This document shows, in pieces, positions 1 through 9,281 of a DNA stretch of 64,000 nt. The stretch comes from an uncultured Ignavibacteria bacterium (GTDB taxonomy: Bacteria > Zixibacteria > MSB-5A5 > WJJR01). The notes below the pieces were generated by a model. The model did not search any database and had not been told where the DNA came from. It saw only the letters and a program-made list of their open reading frames with translations. Numbering within the stretch: the stretch's first letter is position 1; the number at the start of each line of letters is the position of its first letter. The translations under genes were made by a program, and so were the position numbers. Location: assembly GCA_964371625.1 (NCBI GenBank), contig CAYJMP010000001.1, positions 398,673 through 462,672 on the forward strand, read 5' to 3'.

Positions 1-465
1 ATTCGCCGCTTGCGCGCGGACGATGCAATCACCTTGGCGCGTTACCGCTCGGTCCCCGAAGTCGCTCGGTTTCAGTCCTGGCCCGACTGCTCGCCACAAC
101 AAGCTCAGGATCTCATTACCGAAATGGATGAGTCATTTCCTGCCGCGACAGGGAAGTGGTTTCAATTCGGGATTGAGTTGAAGGAAACTGGTGCGCTGAT
201 TGGAGACATCGGCTTTCTCAACACCGATGAAGTAGGGAAGAGCTGGATTGGGTTCACCCTGGACTCGCAATACTGGCGTCGCGGATTAGCGACCGAAGCC
301 GTGGGTGCTGTTCTCGCGTTCTATTCCACTTTCGGGATCACGACAATTTGGGCGTCGACTGATCCCGCAAATACCGCCTCGCAGAGGGTGTTGGAGAAGC
401 TCGGGTTTGTCCTATACGAATCGTATGCCGAGGACGCCATCTACCGAAAGGCCGGTTGGCTGTAG
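1..465 (+). CDS. GNAT family N-acetyltransferase (RimJ/RimL-like), probably 5'-truncated by window edge
   Basis: ORF 10..465 begins at TTG and the frame is open to position 1. GNAT-like core (IGDIGF...SWIGF...RRGLATEAV...LGF). Confidence 0.6.
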   Translation: MRRLRADDAITLARYRSVPEVARFQSWPDCSPQQAQDLITEMDESFPAATGKWFQFGIELKETGALIGDIGFLNTDEVGKSWIGFTLDSQYWRRGLATEAVGAVLAFYSTFGITTIWASTDPANTASQRVLEKLGFVLYESYAEDAIYRKAGWL

Positions 466-565
466 ACTGGCCCGGGGAAGGTGTATGTCAGCCCCGCCTG
501 GCTACAAGTGTAAACCCCGGCAGGATGGACTCCGCCGGGGTCTAATCGTGATCTGATTCTGGTGG

Positions 566-769
566 TTAGATCTTCTGCACGTTGGCTGCCTGCGGACCCT
601 TCGGGCCTTCGGTGACATCGTACGACACCCGCTCGGCTTCCTTCAAACTGCGAAATCCTTCCGTCTGAATCGCCTGGTGATGCACGAAGACGTCCTTGCT
701 GCCATCTTCGGGGGTAATGAAACCGTACCCCTTGTCATCACTGAACCATTTGACTGTACCTTGTGCCAT
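566..769 (-). CDS. cold-shock protein (CspA family, 67 aa)
   Basis: [34 protein letters not shown] is a canonical CSD with RNP motifs. Internal ATG at 769 has AAGGA about 9 nt upstream. The 121-aa ORF is an upstream extension. Confidence 0.85.
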   Translation of the reverse strand: MAQGTVKWFSDDKGYGFITPEDGSKDVFVHHQAIQTEGFRSLKEAERVSYDVTEGPKGPQAANVQKI

Positions 770-966
770 CTTACACGTCCTTTGCTGCTGGGAACTATCG
801 GCGTTCCCGTCCGTTGGCCCCGACGGCCAGTGAAACCCGTCAAGCTCTTCGTGAAATGCCGTCGGGTGTAAGCCGTGCGGACAGTCTGAGAAAAGTCGGA
901 GGTCTCGTGTTCTAAAATGCAATATATCCAATCCGAATTACAAAGTCGACACCTGATATTCCCCGT

Positions 967-1200
967 TTAGAAGCGGTGCACGGCGGCAGCACATGGCCCG
1001 TTCAGACCATTGACGAGCTGGAACCGCACGCGCTCGCCGGCGACCAGAGTCCGGGGCGCCTCGTGCTTAATCGCGGCACGGGTCACGTAGACGTCCTTGC
1101 CGCCATCACGCGCGATCAGTCCCTTTCCAATGATCTCGTCGAACGACTTGACCGTTCCTTCGACAATCACTGCAACTTTCTGCATGAAGTTACTGACCAT
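967..1200 (-). CDS. cold-shock domain protein (paralog 2)
   Basis: VEGTVKSFDEIIGKGLIARDGGKDVYV is CSD-like. AAGGAAG sits 6 nt upstream of ATG 1200. Confidence 0.7.
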   Translation of the reverse strand: MVSNFMQKVAVIVEGTVKSFDEIIGKGLIARDGGKDVYVTRAAIKHEAPRTLVAGERVRFQLVNGLNGPCAAAVHRF

Positions 1201-1274
1201 GGCGATCTTCCTTTCAATAGACGGGACGATGCGGCATCCCTCCGTCGAAATCGATTCTGAGCACGATTGCTATA

Positions 1275-1508
1275 TCAAAACTTGCGTAAGGCCACAACTT
1301 GGGGACCCGTCGCCGCCTGAAACACCTGGAAGCGCACGCGCTGCCCGACGGTAAACTGCTTTGGACCGTGATGCTGGACGTCGTTGGGCGGCACAAACAG
1401 TTCGCGGCCGCCGCCTTCCGCGACGAAGCCGTATCCCTTGCCCACTTCAAATGACGTGACCATTCCGTTGATCACTTGAACCTGTTTCTCCAATTCGGTT
1501 CCTTCCAT
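1275..1508 (-). CDS. cold-shock domain protein (paralog 3)
   Basis: NGMVTSFEVGKGYGFVAEGGGRELFV is CSD-like. GGGAGGA sits 8 nt upstream of ATG 1508. Confidence 0.7.
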   Translation of the reverse strand: MEGTELEKQVQVINGMVTSFEVGKGYGFVAEGGGRELFVPPNDVQHHGPKQFTVGQRVRFQVFQAATGPQVVALRKF

Positions 1509-1786
1509 GACCCATCCTCCCACTGTAAAGACGAAACGGAGTCTCTGATCCGACCCTTAACGCTTCTCTGTAATTGCCGTAGGAGGGTTACTGCGCGGAC
1601 AGTTCAAGAAAAGGTCTGAGGCTTCGCTTACAGGGCCTTATACGCCGCCATTCCTCAGAATGTCGAACTTATTCGTGACGATTCCATGCTCTGGGACATG
1701 CCATGTATCTTGACACATCCCGATTCTCCAGTTCATTTGATCACTGAAGCTACTTGTCGGTAGCGGAGCCGACTGAGTGAAGGGGA

Positions 1787-2320
1787 ATGCTGATGCTTCG
1801 CGAGCGATTACTGGACCGCGATGAGGTCCCTCTGGTATGGACAATTGACCGCCGTGAGGTCATCGACAGGATCTACTATCTTGAGAATGGCGAGTTAGTG
1901 CTCAAGCCGGAGCATTACGACATGAGCGGTTGGCCAAACGGTGAAGCCGAGAAATACACGCCGATTCTGCTCGAAATCTATGACCGCGGTGGCTGGTTCT
2001 ACGGGGTCTTCTCAGAAACTGCATTGGTAGGTATCACGGTTCTCGATTGCCAGTTCATCGGAAAGCACCGCGAGCACTTGCAGCTTGAATTCCTCCATGT
2101 CAGCCGCGATTCCCGGGGCAGGGGACTGGGCAAGCGGCTTTTCGGACTCTCCAAACAAGAAGCGCGAGCGCGGGGTGCAAGATTCCTCTACATATCCGCG
2201 ACGCCATCGGAGCACACGGTGAATTTCTATTTGCGACTCGGTTGTCGGCTTGCCGCCGAGCCGGTGCCACATCTTCTCGCCCTCGAGCCAAATGACATCC
2301 ATCTCGAGTGCGAACTATAG
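1787..2320 (+). CDS. GNAT family N-acetyltransferase
   Basis: HVSRDSRGRGLGKRLF is an acetyl-CoA binding Q/RxxGxG/A motif. Length 177 aa. Confidence 0.65.
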   Translation: MLMLRERLLDRDEVPLVWTIDRREVIDRIYYLENGELVLKPEHYDMSGWPNGEAEKYTPILLEIYDRGGWFYGVFSETALVGITVLDCQFIGKHREHLQLEFLHVSRDSRGRGLGKRLFGLSKQEARARGARFLYISATPSEHTVNFYLRLGCRLAAEPVPHLLALEPNDIHLECEL

Positions 2321-2398
2321 CGCCATCCGGGCGCCGCGTAATTCGTACCAACTCAATCCTCATTCATGACCCTCCGACACCAATAGAAGGAGGGCACC

Positions 2399-3085
2399 AT
2401 GAACACTGTCTATGTTCCCAGCACAGGTGTGGAAGATTGGCGGACACGGCTCGCCGATCCCATCAAGCATTGGAAGCCCGGGTATTCTGCCCGTGCGCTC
2501 GCTTACTCGTGGTCGGAGGCAGGAAACCGGTTCCCCGCCAGTGTGGATGCCGTGTTGCGTTCTTCACCGATGTTTCGAGACATCGAGGTGCTTTTCAGTA
2601 TCCCCGAACATCAGGTCTCATTGCCGCCATTGAACGGCCATCCTTCACAGAACGATCTCTGGGTCATCGCGCGGACTGCGGGAGAATTGATTTCGATCGC
2701 CGTCGAGGGAAAAGTGCGGGAGCCATTCGGCCCGCGCGTGGGCGAGTGGCAATCGGACGAAACCCCGGGTCGGAGAGCCCGACTGGCATTCCTCGTCGGA
2801 CTGCTCGAACTGAAGGGATGTCAGCTTGACAATATTGCCTACCAATTGCTGCATCGGACGGCTTCCGCTATCATCGAAGCCAAACGCTTTGCAGCGAACA
2901 ACGCCATGATGCTCGTGCATTCGTTCAGTCAAGAAGGCGCGCACTTCGAAGACTATCAGAACTTCGTGTCGCTCTTTGATCGAATGCCCACTGCGCACGA
3001 CACGGTCTGCTCAGTTGGCGAGCGCTCGGGAGTATCGCTTCACTTCGCCTGGGTGACCGGAGACCCGAAGTATCTGGCGCGGTGA
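2399..3085 (+). CDS. hypothetical protein with putative PD-(D/E)xK nuclease-like core
   Basis: 228-aa ORF with RBS AGGAGGG upstream. Motif ...NDLWVIA-x13-IAVEGK fits D...(D/E)xK spacing. Confidence 0.5.
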   Translation: MNTVYVPSTGVEDWRTRLADPIKHWKPGYSARALAYSWSEAGNRFPASVDAVLRSSPMFRDIEVLFSIPEHQVSLPPLNGHPSQNDLWVIARTAGELISIAVEGKVREPFGPRVGEWQSDETPGRRARLAFLVGLLELKGCQLDNIAYQLLHRTASAIIEAKRFAANNAMMLVHSFSQEGAHFEDYQNFVSLFDRMPTAHDTVCSVGERSGVSLHFAWVTGDPKYLAR

Positions 3086-3113
3086 TAGGTCCATCTTTAG
3101 GGCGAAGACGGCC

Positions 3114-3599
3114 CTATTGCGTTATCTGTCCCCGGACTTCACCGATCGGGTTCTGCTCGGTGTGTATGTCGACATAGGCCAGCCCGTCGGCGAATATCGC
3201 GATCAATGCTGACATTGGCTGGTCGATCAGGGGCCCCCTGAAATCGGACGGCGTAATCGTGCCCCTGGCCAGGATTCCATCGTTGAGTCCGGGACGCACA
3301 TCTCCGTCGTAGAGATTCACGAGCAACTGTCCCAAGGAATCACCGCTCGACCCAGCATGAATGTGCGCATCGGTGATGTTCTCGATGTTTGTGACTGTCA
3401 GCGAGTACGACAGTTCATTGCCTGAGACGCTGAGCTGAAATACCGCGTCCGCATGCGCCGAAGTCCCGACGGCAGGATAGACATTCCCCCCGGTCAGGTG
3501 AGACTTGAAGTTCAGTGATTTGGCCGTAGAGCTGGCGAAATACGCAACGAGAGCGACAACTGCGGCGCTCACAAGTGCGGCGAGATAGTATCGTCTCAT
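3114..3599 (-). CDS. CHRD domain-containing secreted protein
   Basis: TDAHIHAGSSGDSLGQ...GEVRGQI is a CHRD signature. Signal peptide starts at MRRYYLAALVSAAVVALVA. GGAGGG RBS precedes ATG 3599. Confidence 0.75.
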   Translation of the reverse strand: MRRYYLAALVSAAVVALVAYFASSTAKSLNFKSHLTGGNVYPAVGTSAHADAVFQLSVSGNELSYSLTVTNIENITDAHIHAGSSGDSLGQLLVNLYDGDVRPGLNDGILARGTITPSDFRGPLIDQPMSALIAIFADGLAYVDIHTEQNPIGEVRGQITQ

Positions 3600-3777
3600 C
3601 GAACCCTCCAGGCGGACGGATTGTGGCCATGTCAGACTGGGATGCCCGTGCTTCACTTCTTCGATGTGCTGGCTCATCTGTCTTACACTCTGCGAAAGAT
3701 GCCGTTCCGCACAATTAGCTTGTACTTCACACCGCTTCGCCCGAGCGTCGGACAGTGCTCCGTTCGACTTCTTCAAG

Positions 3778-3919
3778 GGAGGGCGAGGCTCCTGCCGAGC
3801 CGCCGCACTTTGGAGGCACGAGCGACTCCAATCCTTAACCTCATTCCTCCACTCCCGAACTCATCGCAAGCGGCGCGCAGTCGTTGCTATAGCGGCTCGG
3901 CAGGAGCCTCGCCCTCCCA
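3778..3919. repeat. inverted-repeat element (27-bp perfect arms GGGAGGGCGAGGCTCCTGCCGAGCCGC separated by ~88 bp), MITE/REP-like
   Basis: Arms at 3778-3804 and 3893-3919 are exact reverse complements. A related copy lies at 21007-21080. Confidence 0.8.
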
Positions 3920-4046
3920 CACTCAGGGTGACTTTCAAGGGCCAAACAGGTTTAGCCACTGTTAGAGCGATCGGACCCCGCTGCCCACAATGGGCTGTCC
4001 TTGGCTTAATCTGATTGAGTACACTTCTGCTCGGAGGATAAAGCAA

Positions 4047-4502
4047 ATGCCGAGTGCAAACTCCAATATCACACTGCGCGAAATCACCAAAGACACAGTG
4101 CGGCAGATTGTGAAACTCAAGGTCAACCCCGACCAGGAGAGCTACGTGGCCTCGAATGGCATGTCGATCGCCGAGGCGCATTACTCGCCCGATGTCGCCT
4201 GGTTTCGCGCCGTGTACGCCGATGATACACCCGTCGGCTTTGTTATGCTCAGCGATGATGCGTCGAAGCCGGAGTACTACCTGTGGCGATTCATGATCGA
4301 TGCGCGGTTTCAACGGCAGGGCATCGGGGAGAAGGCGCTGGTGCTGGTGATCGACTACGTAAGGACTCGTCCGGGCGCGAAGGCGCTCGCGACCAGCGTG
4401 GTTCCCGGACCGCAATGCCCGGGCCCATTCTACGAGAAGATCGGATTTGTGTTCACCGGTGAAGTCGAGGATGACGAACTCGTGATGAAACTGGAATTGT
4501 AG
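4047..4502 (+). CDS. GNAT family N-acetyltransferase
   Basis: GGAGG RBS then ATG 4047. GNAT motif RFQRQGIGEKAL. Confidence 0.7.
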   Translation: MPSANSNITLREITKDTVRQIVKLKVNPDQESYVASNGMSIAEAHYSPDVAWFRAVYADDTPVGFVMLSDDASKPEYYLWRFMIDARFQRQGIGEKALVLVIDYVRTRPGAKALATSVVPGPQCPGPFYEKIGFVFTGEVEDDELVMKLEL

Positions 4503-4549
4503 GGGCAATCGCTTGCGGTCTTGGAACTCGAGGATTCGAATCCTCCAAA

Positions 4550-6589
4550 CTACCGGTACAGCGGAAACATCGTGGCAAGCGCCGCGAATTCGCCCACGAG
4601 CGGCAGGATGATGCGGATGCGATCGCGGTACGCCTTTAGTCCCGTCGCCAATGCATGAGCGGCGTCGTGCTCCATGTGGGCCAGACTCTCCATATTCAGC
4701 ACCACTCGATCATCCTTGCGCGCTAGTGTAGCGCGGAGATCCGCCACAAATTGTGCCGCAGCATCGGAATTGAGGCGCCCCTTGAGGTGTACCCAAACTG
4801 TCGAGGCGGGTCGGTGTTCCACGCGGATAGAGAGGCCAGTGGGGTGCTCGCCTGCAAACTTGCGCCATCCGCGTCTTGCGGGAACACCGTGCAATCGGAA
4901 CGAATGCCTCACCAAGGGGGGATGCTGGAAGAGGTTGAGTTTCAATGTTAATCCGGTCCAAAGTGCGAGTCCGACCGCGGCGACAGAGAGAAACCGTTCC
5001 CGCCAGGTTGGATTTCCGATCGCGGCATGAAGCCGCTTTTGAAGCTGCCCAATTCCACGCCGAACTGCAGCGGTCGGTCCGAGGAGCCGTCCGGCCAGGA
5101 AGATCGGGTAGGCATTCCGCAGATCACCGGCGATCCGCTCTGACTGCAATCGAAGGAACGGATTCGAAGAATCGTGGAGTTTTAGATAACCATCGAGCCA
5201 GCGTTCGACCGAGCGATAAAGGACTGGCCCCAACCGACGAAAATCCTCTTTGAAGCAATGCTCCTGTGCCGTTTCGATTTCGGCGGACGTCATCGTGGGA
5301 TGCGTGACCATCGCATAGAACCCCGTACCACGCAGGTAAAATCGTTCCGGGTCACTGGCCACTTCTGGCAGGAGACTGCCCTCACGAACGACTTGATCGT
5401 AGAACGGAGTGCCGGGACAAGGTCCGTAGATCAGAAACTGCGTCAGAACCGGGCGCAGGGCCAGCAGACCCGCAAGCTCCTCCTCGATAATCTCCGGGGT
5501 TTGGTAAGGGAAGCCCACAATCATCGATGCGAGAATCGTGATACCGTGTTCGCGGTATTCATTGAATATGTCCTCGACCGGGCGTCCCGCCTGCTTGGCA
5601 TACCCGGATCGCGTCCCCTCATAGCCGATCCACATCCCATCGATTCCCATTTCGAGGATCTCGGTCACGGTGTACTGGCTCAGGGCTTTGATGCTGGCAA
5701 AAATGAAGATCGAGAGGGGCTTTCCGCCGCGCAGAACGGCATCGCGGAATTCCAGGGCCCGACGGCGGTTGAGCAGGAAATCCTCGTCAATGATCAGGAT
5801 GGAGAGCTTGGGGTCGACCTCGAGGTAGCGTTCGACCACGTGATAGATGTCGGCCCCGGTGGGGAGCAGACGGATGTGTTTGCGTTTGAAGAAATGCGAC
5901 GTACAGCAAAAATCGCAACCGTTGGGGCATCCCAGACCGCCAAAGACGATCCCGGTTCGAGACGCTTCCCGTCCGAACACACGAAGTGGATTGATAATTA
6001 GCGGGTGGCGGTAGGGCATTTCGATTTCAGGCTCACCCAGCAGCCGCCGCATGAAGCCGACTCCCTCTTCGCGGCAGATGTGGTCGCAATAGGGGAGAAG
6101 CAGTTCGTCGGGAGCCACAGTGCCATATCCACCAAGGACGATCTGTGACTGCGGCGAGTACTCACGGATCAGCGCCACGACTTCCTTCATCCGGTGGTAT
6201 GTCGCCAACACGAATGACAGGCCGACAACCGCGTATCCGTTTGCCAACTCCCGGATGAGCTCCTTGCGGGAGGGATACTGGAGAACTGCCGTGGGGGCTT
6301 CCAGGTTCTCGGCAATATATTCCATGGAGAACTGAATGTGATGCGAACGGGGGCTAAACATCCCCTGGGCGCGCGTCACCTGCTCGTGGAGGAGCTCGTA
6401 GCCAACACTGGGGGAGTCGCCATAACGCACTCCCAGCGGGCGGCACACCGTTGTGAGCAAGACCTTCTTCGTCGCGCCAGCCATCCCCTCACATGGTATC
6501 AAGTCAGGTGTCTGGTTGTGGCTGCGCGCGCTTGGGGTCGTCATCATGTTATCCGAAGTCCCATAGTACGGTTGGATCGAATGCGACAC
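4550..6589 (-). CDS. B12-binding domain radical SAM protein with C-terminal STAS-like domain
   Basis: N-terminal B12-binding Rossmann-like region. CPNGCDFC matches CxxxCxxC. The ~200-aa C-terminal extension has a predicted TM helix and STAS-like pattern (VWVHLKGRLNSDAAAQFVADLRATL...VVLNMESLAHMEHDAAHAL). GTG start; internal MM start possible. Confidence 0.75.
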   Translation of the reverse strand: MSHSIQPYYGTSDNMMTTPSARSHNQTPDLIPCEGMAGATKKVLLTTVCRPLGVRYGDSPSVGYELLHEQVTRAQGMFSPRSHHIQFSMEYIAENLEAPTAVLQYPSRKELIRELANGYAVVGLSFVLATYHRMKEVVALIREYSPQSQIVLGGYGTVAPDELLLPYCDHICREEGVGFMRRLLGEPEIEMPYRHPLIINPLRVFGREASRTGIVFGGLGCPNGCDFCCTSHFFKRKHIRLLPTGADIYHVVERYLEVDPKLSILIIDEDFLLNRRRALEFRDAVLRGGKPLSIFIFASIKALSQYTVTEILEMGIDGMWIGYEGTRSGYAKQAGRPVEDIFNEYREHGITILASMIVGFPYQTPEIIEEELAGLLALRPVLTQFLIYGPCPGTPFYDQVVREGSLLPEVASDPERFYLRGTGFYAMVTHPTMTSAEIETAQEHCFKEDFRRLGPVLYRSVERWLDGYLKLHDSSNPFLRLQSERIAGDLRNAYPIFLAGRLLGPTAAVRRGIGQLQKRLHAAIGNPTWRERFLSVAAVGLALWTGLTLKLNLFQHPPLVRHSFRLHGVPARRGWRKFAGEHPTGLSIRVEHRPASTVWVHLKGRLNSDAAAQFVADLRATLARKDDRVVLNMESLAHMEHDAAHALATGLKAYRDRIRIILPLVGEFAALATMFPLYR

Positions 6590-6781
6590 AAGGATTGGAT
6601 TATCATATTTGTGTTACCGCCCCTTAATGGTGATAGTAATAGTCCTGATATTATCAATGACTGCGCGGGTCAGCCGCAAAGTCTGCAGAACAGCGATTGG
6701 CAGTTCGCGCAACATGTGATTAGATTCATCAGTGGCCGTGGCGGGCCAACTGTGACCTGCGCATCGAACCGAGGGACTTCT

Positions 6782-7618
6782 ATGGACAGCTCACTGACTG
6801 ACAAAGTCGCGCAATTGATGAACACCCACCGTTCGATCCGGCAGTACAAGCCGGACCCGCTCGATGATGCGCTGGTCGAGACCGTACTTCAGCAAGCGGT
6901 GGATGGTTCATCATCATCGGGGAACCTGAACACCTATTCGATGATCCTGACGCGCGACCGGGAGCGCAAGGCGCGGCTCTGTGTGTTGCATGGGGATCAG
7001 GAGATGATCGACCAGGCCCCGCTTCTTATCACGTTTTGCGCTGACACATACCGGACCCGGCGCTGGCTCCGTCTACGCGGAGCGCGTGACAACTTCAACA
7101 ACTTCGAAGGGTTTCTCGTTGCGGCGTTCGATGCGATCATTGTCGCGCAATCCGTGGCACTGGGATTCGAGTCCCACGGCCTCGGAATCTGCTTCCTCGG
7201 CACAACGCTTTGGGCCGCCGACCAAATCGCTGAGGTCCTGGAACTGCCCGAAACTTGCTTCCCCGTGACCAGTCTGGTGGTGGGAGTGCCGAACGAGGAC
7301 CCCGGCAAACGCGACCGTTTGCCTCTGCGGGCACTTGTCCACAGCGAAAAGTACCAAAAACTCACTGACGAACAATTTCTCGAGCACTTTTCCGAGCGCG
7401 AGGTCAGGGGGTGGAATCGCTATCGGTCGATGGGCGAGGAGATGGTTCGCGAGATGGAACGTCTGAATATCACCTCGCTGGCGCAGTACTACACCAGCGA
7501 GATCAAGTACTCCCCCGAAAACTCCCTGGCCGCGTCAAAGCGCCTGCTTGATCTGCTGGCGGTAAAGGGCTTTACACAGCGAGCCCCTAAGGGATCTGAC
7601 GCCAGTAGCGGCCGGTAG
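6782..7618 (+). CDS. nitroreductase family protein
   Basis: MDSSLTDKVAQLMNTHRSIRQYKPDPL is a nitroreductase N-terminus. The long ORF 6338.. is an upstream extension overlapping the radical SAM gene. ATG at 6782. Confidence 0.75.
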   Translation: MDSSLTDKVAQLMNTHRSIRQYKPDPLDDALVETVLQQAVDGSSSSGNLNTYSMILTRDRERKARLCVLHGDQEMIDQAPLLITFCADTYRTRRWLRLRGARDNFNNFEGFLVAAFDAIIVAQSVALGFESHGLGICFLGTTLWAADQIAEVLELPETCFPVTSLVVGVPNEDPGKRDRLPLRALVHSEKYQKLTDEQFLEHFSEREVRGWNRYRSMGEEMVREMERLNITSLAQYYTSEIKYSPENSLAASKRLLDLLAVKGFTQRAPKGSDASSGR

Positions 7619-7715
7619 ACGCGTGCGACAAAACGGTTGCCCAGTACCCTGTTCAATGGTATTATGCAACCACCCGGTTGCCTATTACCAACGCACCCGC
7701 GAGAGGAGGAGTGGA

Positions 7716-8168
7716 GTGGAAGATCGCATCGAAAAGAAAATTGAACTCAAGGCGCCGCTCGCCCGGGTCTGGCGGGCATTGACCGATTACCGCGAATTTG
7801 GCGAGTGGTTTCGCGTGAGATTGGATGGGCCATTTGTTCCGGGCCAACCGATCACGGGTCAGATCACCTACCCCGCCTACGAGCATCTCCATTTCGAAGC
7901 GGTGGTGCAGAAGATGGAGGTGGAACGCCTGTTTTCTTTCACTTGGCATCCGTATGGCATCGACCCCAACGTCGATTACTCGAAGGAGACGTCGACGGTT
8001 GTGGAATTCCGTTTGGAGAAGACGTCGGCAGGCACGTTGCTCACTGTCACCGAATCCGGATTTGACAAAATCCCAAGCGATCGCCGCCTCGAGGCATTCC
8101 GCATGAACAGCGAAGGCTGGGCGATCCAAGTGAAGAACATCGGGGAGTACCTTGCCAATGCTTCGTAG
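7716..8168 (+). CDS. SRPBCC/AHSA1 (activator of Hsp90 ATPase-like) domain protein
   Basis: IEKKIELKAPLARVWRALTDYREFGEWF is an AHSA1-like start. GAGGAGGA RBS sits 7 nt before GTG 7716. Overlaps the downstream ArsR regulator as in typical ArsR-AHSA1 pairs. Confidence 0.7.
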   Translation: MEDRIEKKIELKAPLARVWRALTDYREFGEWFRVRLDGPFVPGQPITGQITYPAYEHLHFEAVVQKMEVERLFSFTWHPYGIDPNVDYSKETSTVVEFRLEKTSAGTLLTVTESGFDKIPSDRRLEAFRMNSEGWAIQVKNIGEYLANAS

Positions 8169-8496
8169 ACAGCCGAGCGCGACAATTCAGCGCCCCGCGC
8201 CGCTGTTTGCGGCACTGGGGGATGAGACCCGTCTGCGGCTTGTTGCCACCCTCTCAGGCGGGCCGCCGCGTTCAATCGCGCAGCTCACGCTGGGATCACG
8301 CCTGACGCGACAGGCGATCACGAAGCATCTGCGGATCCTGGAAGGGGCGGGCTTTGTCCGCAGCACGCGTGCGGGCCGCGAAAGCCTGTTCGAATTCGAT
8401 CCGGCAGCACTTGACAGTTTGCAGGAATACCTTGGACGCGTGTCACACCAGTGGGATCAAGCGTTGGCAAGGCTGAAGTCGCTTGTCGAGCGCTAG
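8152..8496 (+). CDS. ArsR/SmtB family transcriptional regulator
   Basis: LFAALGDETRLRLVATLSGGPPRSIAQLTLGSRLTRQAITKHLRIL is a wHTH. Confidence 0.8.
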   Translation: MPMLRRQPSATIQRPAPLFAALGDETRLRLVATLSGGPPRSIAQLTLGSRLTRQAITKHLRILEGAGFVRSTRAGRESLFEFDPAALDSLQEYLGRVSHQWDQALARLKSLVER

Positions 8497-8532
8497 CGGG
8501 CTCAGGATCGTGAAACCGAGAATGGCGGAGCG

Positions 8533-9120
8533 TTGACAATCGGAGAAAAGCTGTTGGAAACCGACCGGCTCCGGCTTGAGCCTCTGATCGAGGCGCACGC
8601 TGCTGAGCTATTTGACCTGTACTCCGATCAGCGAATGTACGCGTTCATCCCACAGGAGCCGCCGGCCTCGCTTGCGGCCCTGGCCGCGCGTTTTCGATTT
8701 CTTCAAGCGCGGCGGTCTCCTTCAGGTGATGAAGACTGGTGGAATTGGGCGATCCGCCTGAAGTCGACAAGCGCCTGTATTGGGTGCGTGCAAGTGACTT
8801 TGGAGCGCGATGGTAGGGCGCAACTGGCCTATGACATCGGTGTGCCATATTGGAGACAGGGCTTTGCGACCGAAGCCTGTCGCAGCGTCATCGACACTCT
8901 GTTCTCAGGTGGGATTGATGAAGTCTGGGCGGAATTGGATTCTCGCAATCTGCCCTCGATCCGTCTCTTGGAGCGCCTCGGATTTGCGCGTGGCGCGCTG
9001 AAACGGGATGCGGACTTCTTCAAGGGGGCGGCAAGCGACGAGTGGACATACACACTGAATCGAAGAGATGGATTCCTGCTTGTCGAAGATCCCGAGAGAA
9101 GTCGAGGGACGCAGGAATGA
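8533..9120 (+). CDS. GNAT family N-acetyltransferase (RimJ-like)
   Basis: LRLEPLIEAHAAELF...VPYWRQGFATEA...LGF. TTG start. Confidence 0.65.
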   Translation: MTIGEKLLETDRLRLEPLIEAHAAELFDLYSDQRMYAFIPQEPPASLAALAARFRFLQARRSPSGDEDWWNWAIRLKSTSACIGCVQVTLERDGRAQLAYDIGVPYWRQGFATEACRSVIDTLFSGGIDEVWAELDSRNLPSIRLLERLGFARGALKRDADFFKGAASDEWTYTLNRRDGFLLVEDPERSRGTQE

Positions 9121-9224
9121 CCGATTGACGAAACGACTGACTCCGGAATGTAGCGGCACGGCCCTGTCGAAGACCCCCTTTTTGGGGGCCGCGCCCACTT
9201 GCGCGAGTCCACTCTCCACCAAAA

Positions 9225-9254
9225 AGCAAGTCAGGAGCCCAAAGGCGGGCTCCT
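9225..9254. terminator. bidirectional hairpin terminator
   Basis: GTCAGGAGCC-CAAAGGC-GGCTCCTGAC is a perfect 10-bp stem between convergent genes. Confidence 0.55.
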
Positions 9255-9281
9255 GACCTACTAAAAGGACTGCATTCCAAT

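Noticed and set aside
4521-4550. GAGGATTCGAATCCTC resembling a tRNA T-arm
   Set aside because: It is a perfect palindrome between two convergent genes. No D-arm, anticodon arm or acceptor stem can be built from flanking sequence. More likely a bidirectional terminator hairpin.
5258-6001. 247-aa plus-strand ORF, and similar long ORFs (4674..5030, 4945..5253)
   Set aside because: They lie antisense within the radical SAM gene. Typical shadow ORFs in high-GC DNA, with no RBS or recognisable domain.
6338-6781. N-terminal 148 aa of the 426-aa ORF
   Set aside because: It overlaps the radical SAM gene on the opposite strand. The nitroreductase homology starts at Met149 (ATG 6782), so it is treated as an upstream extension.
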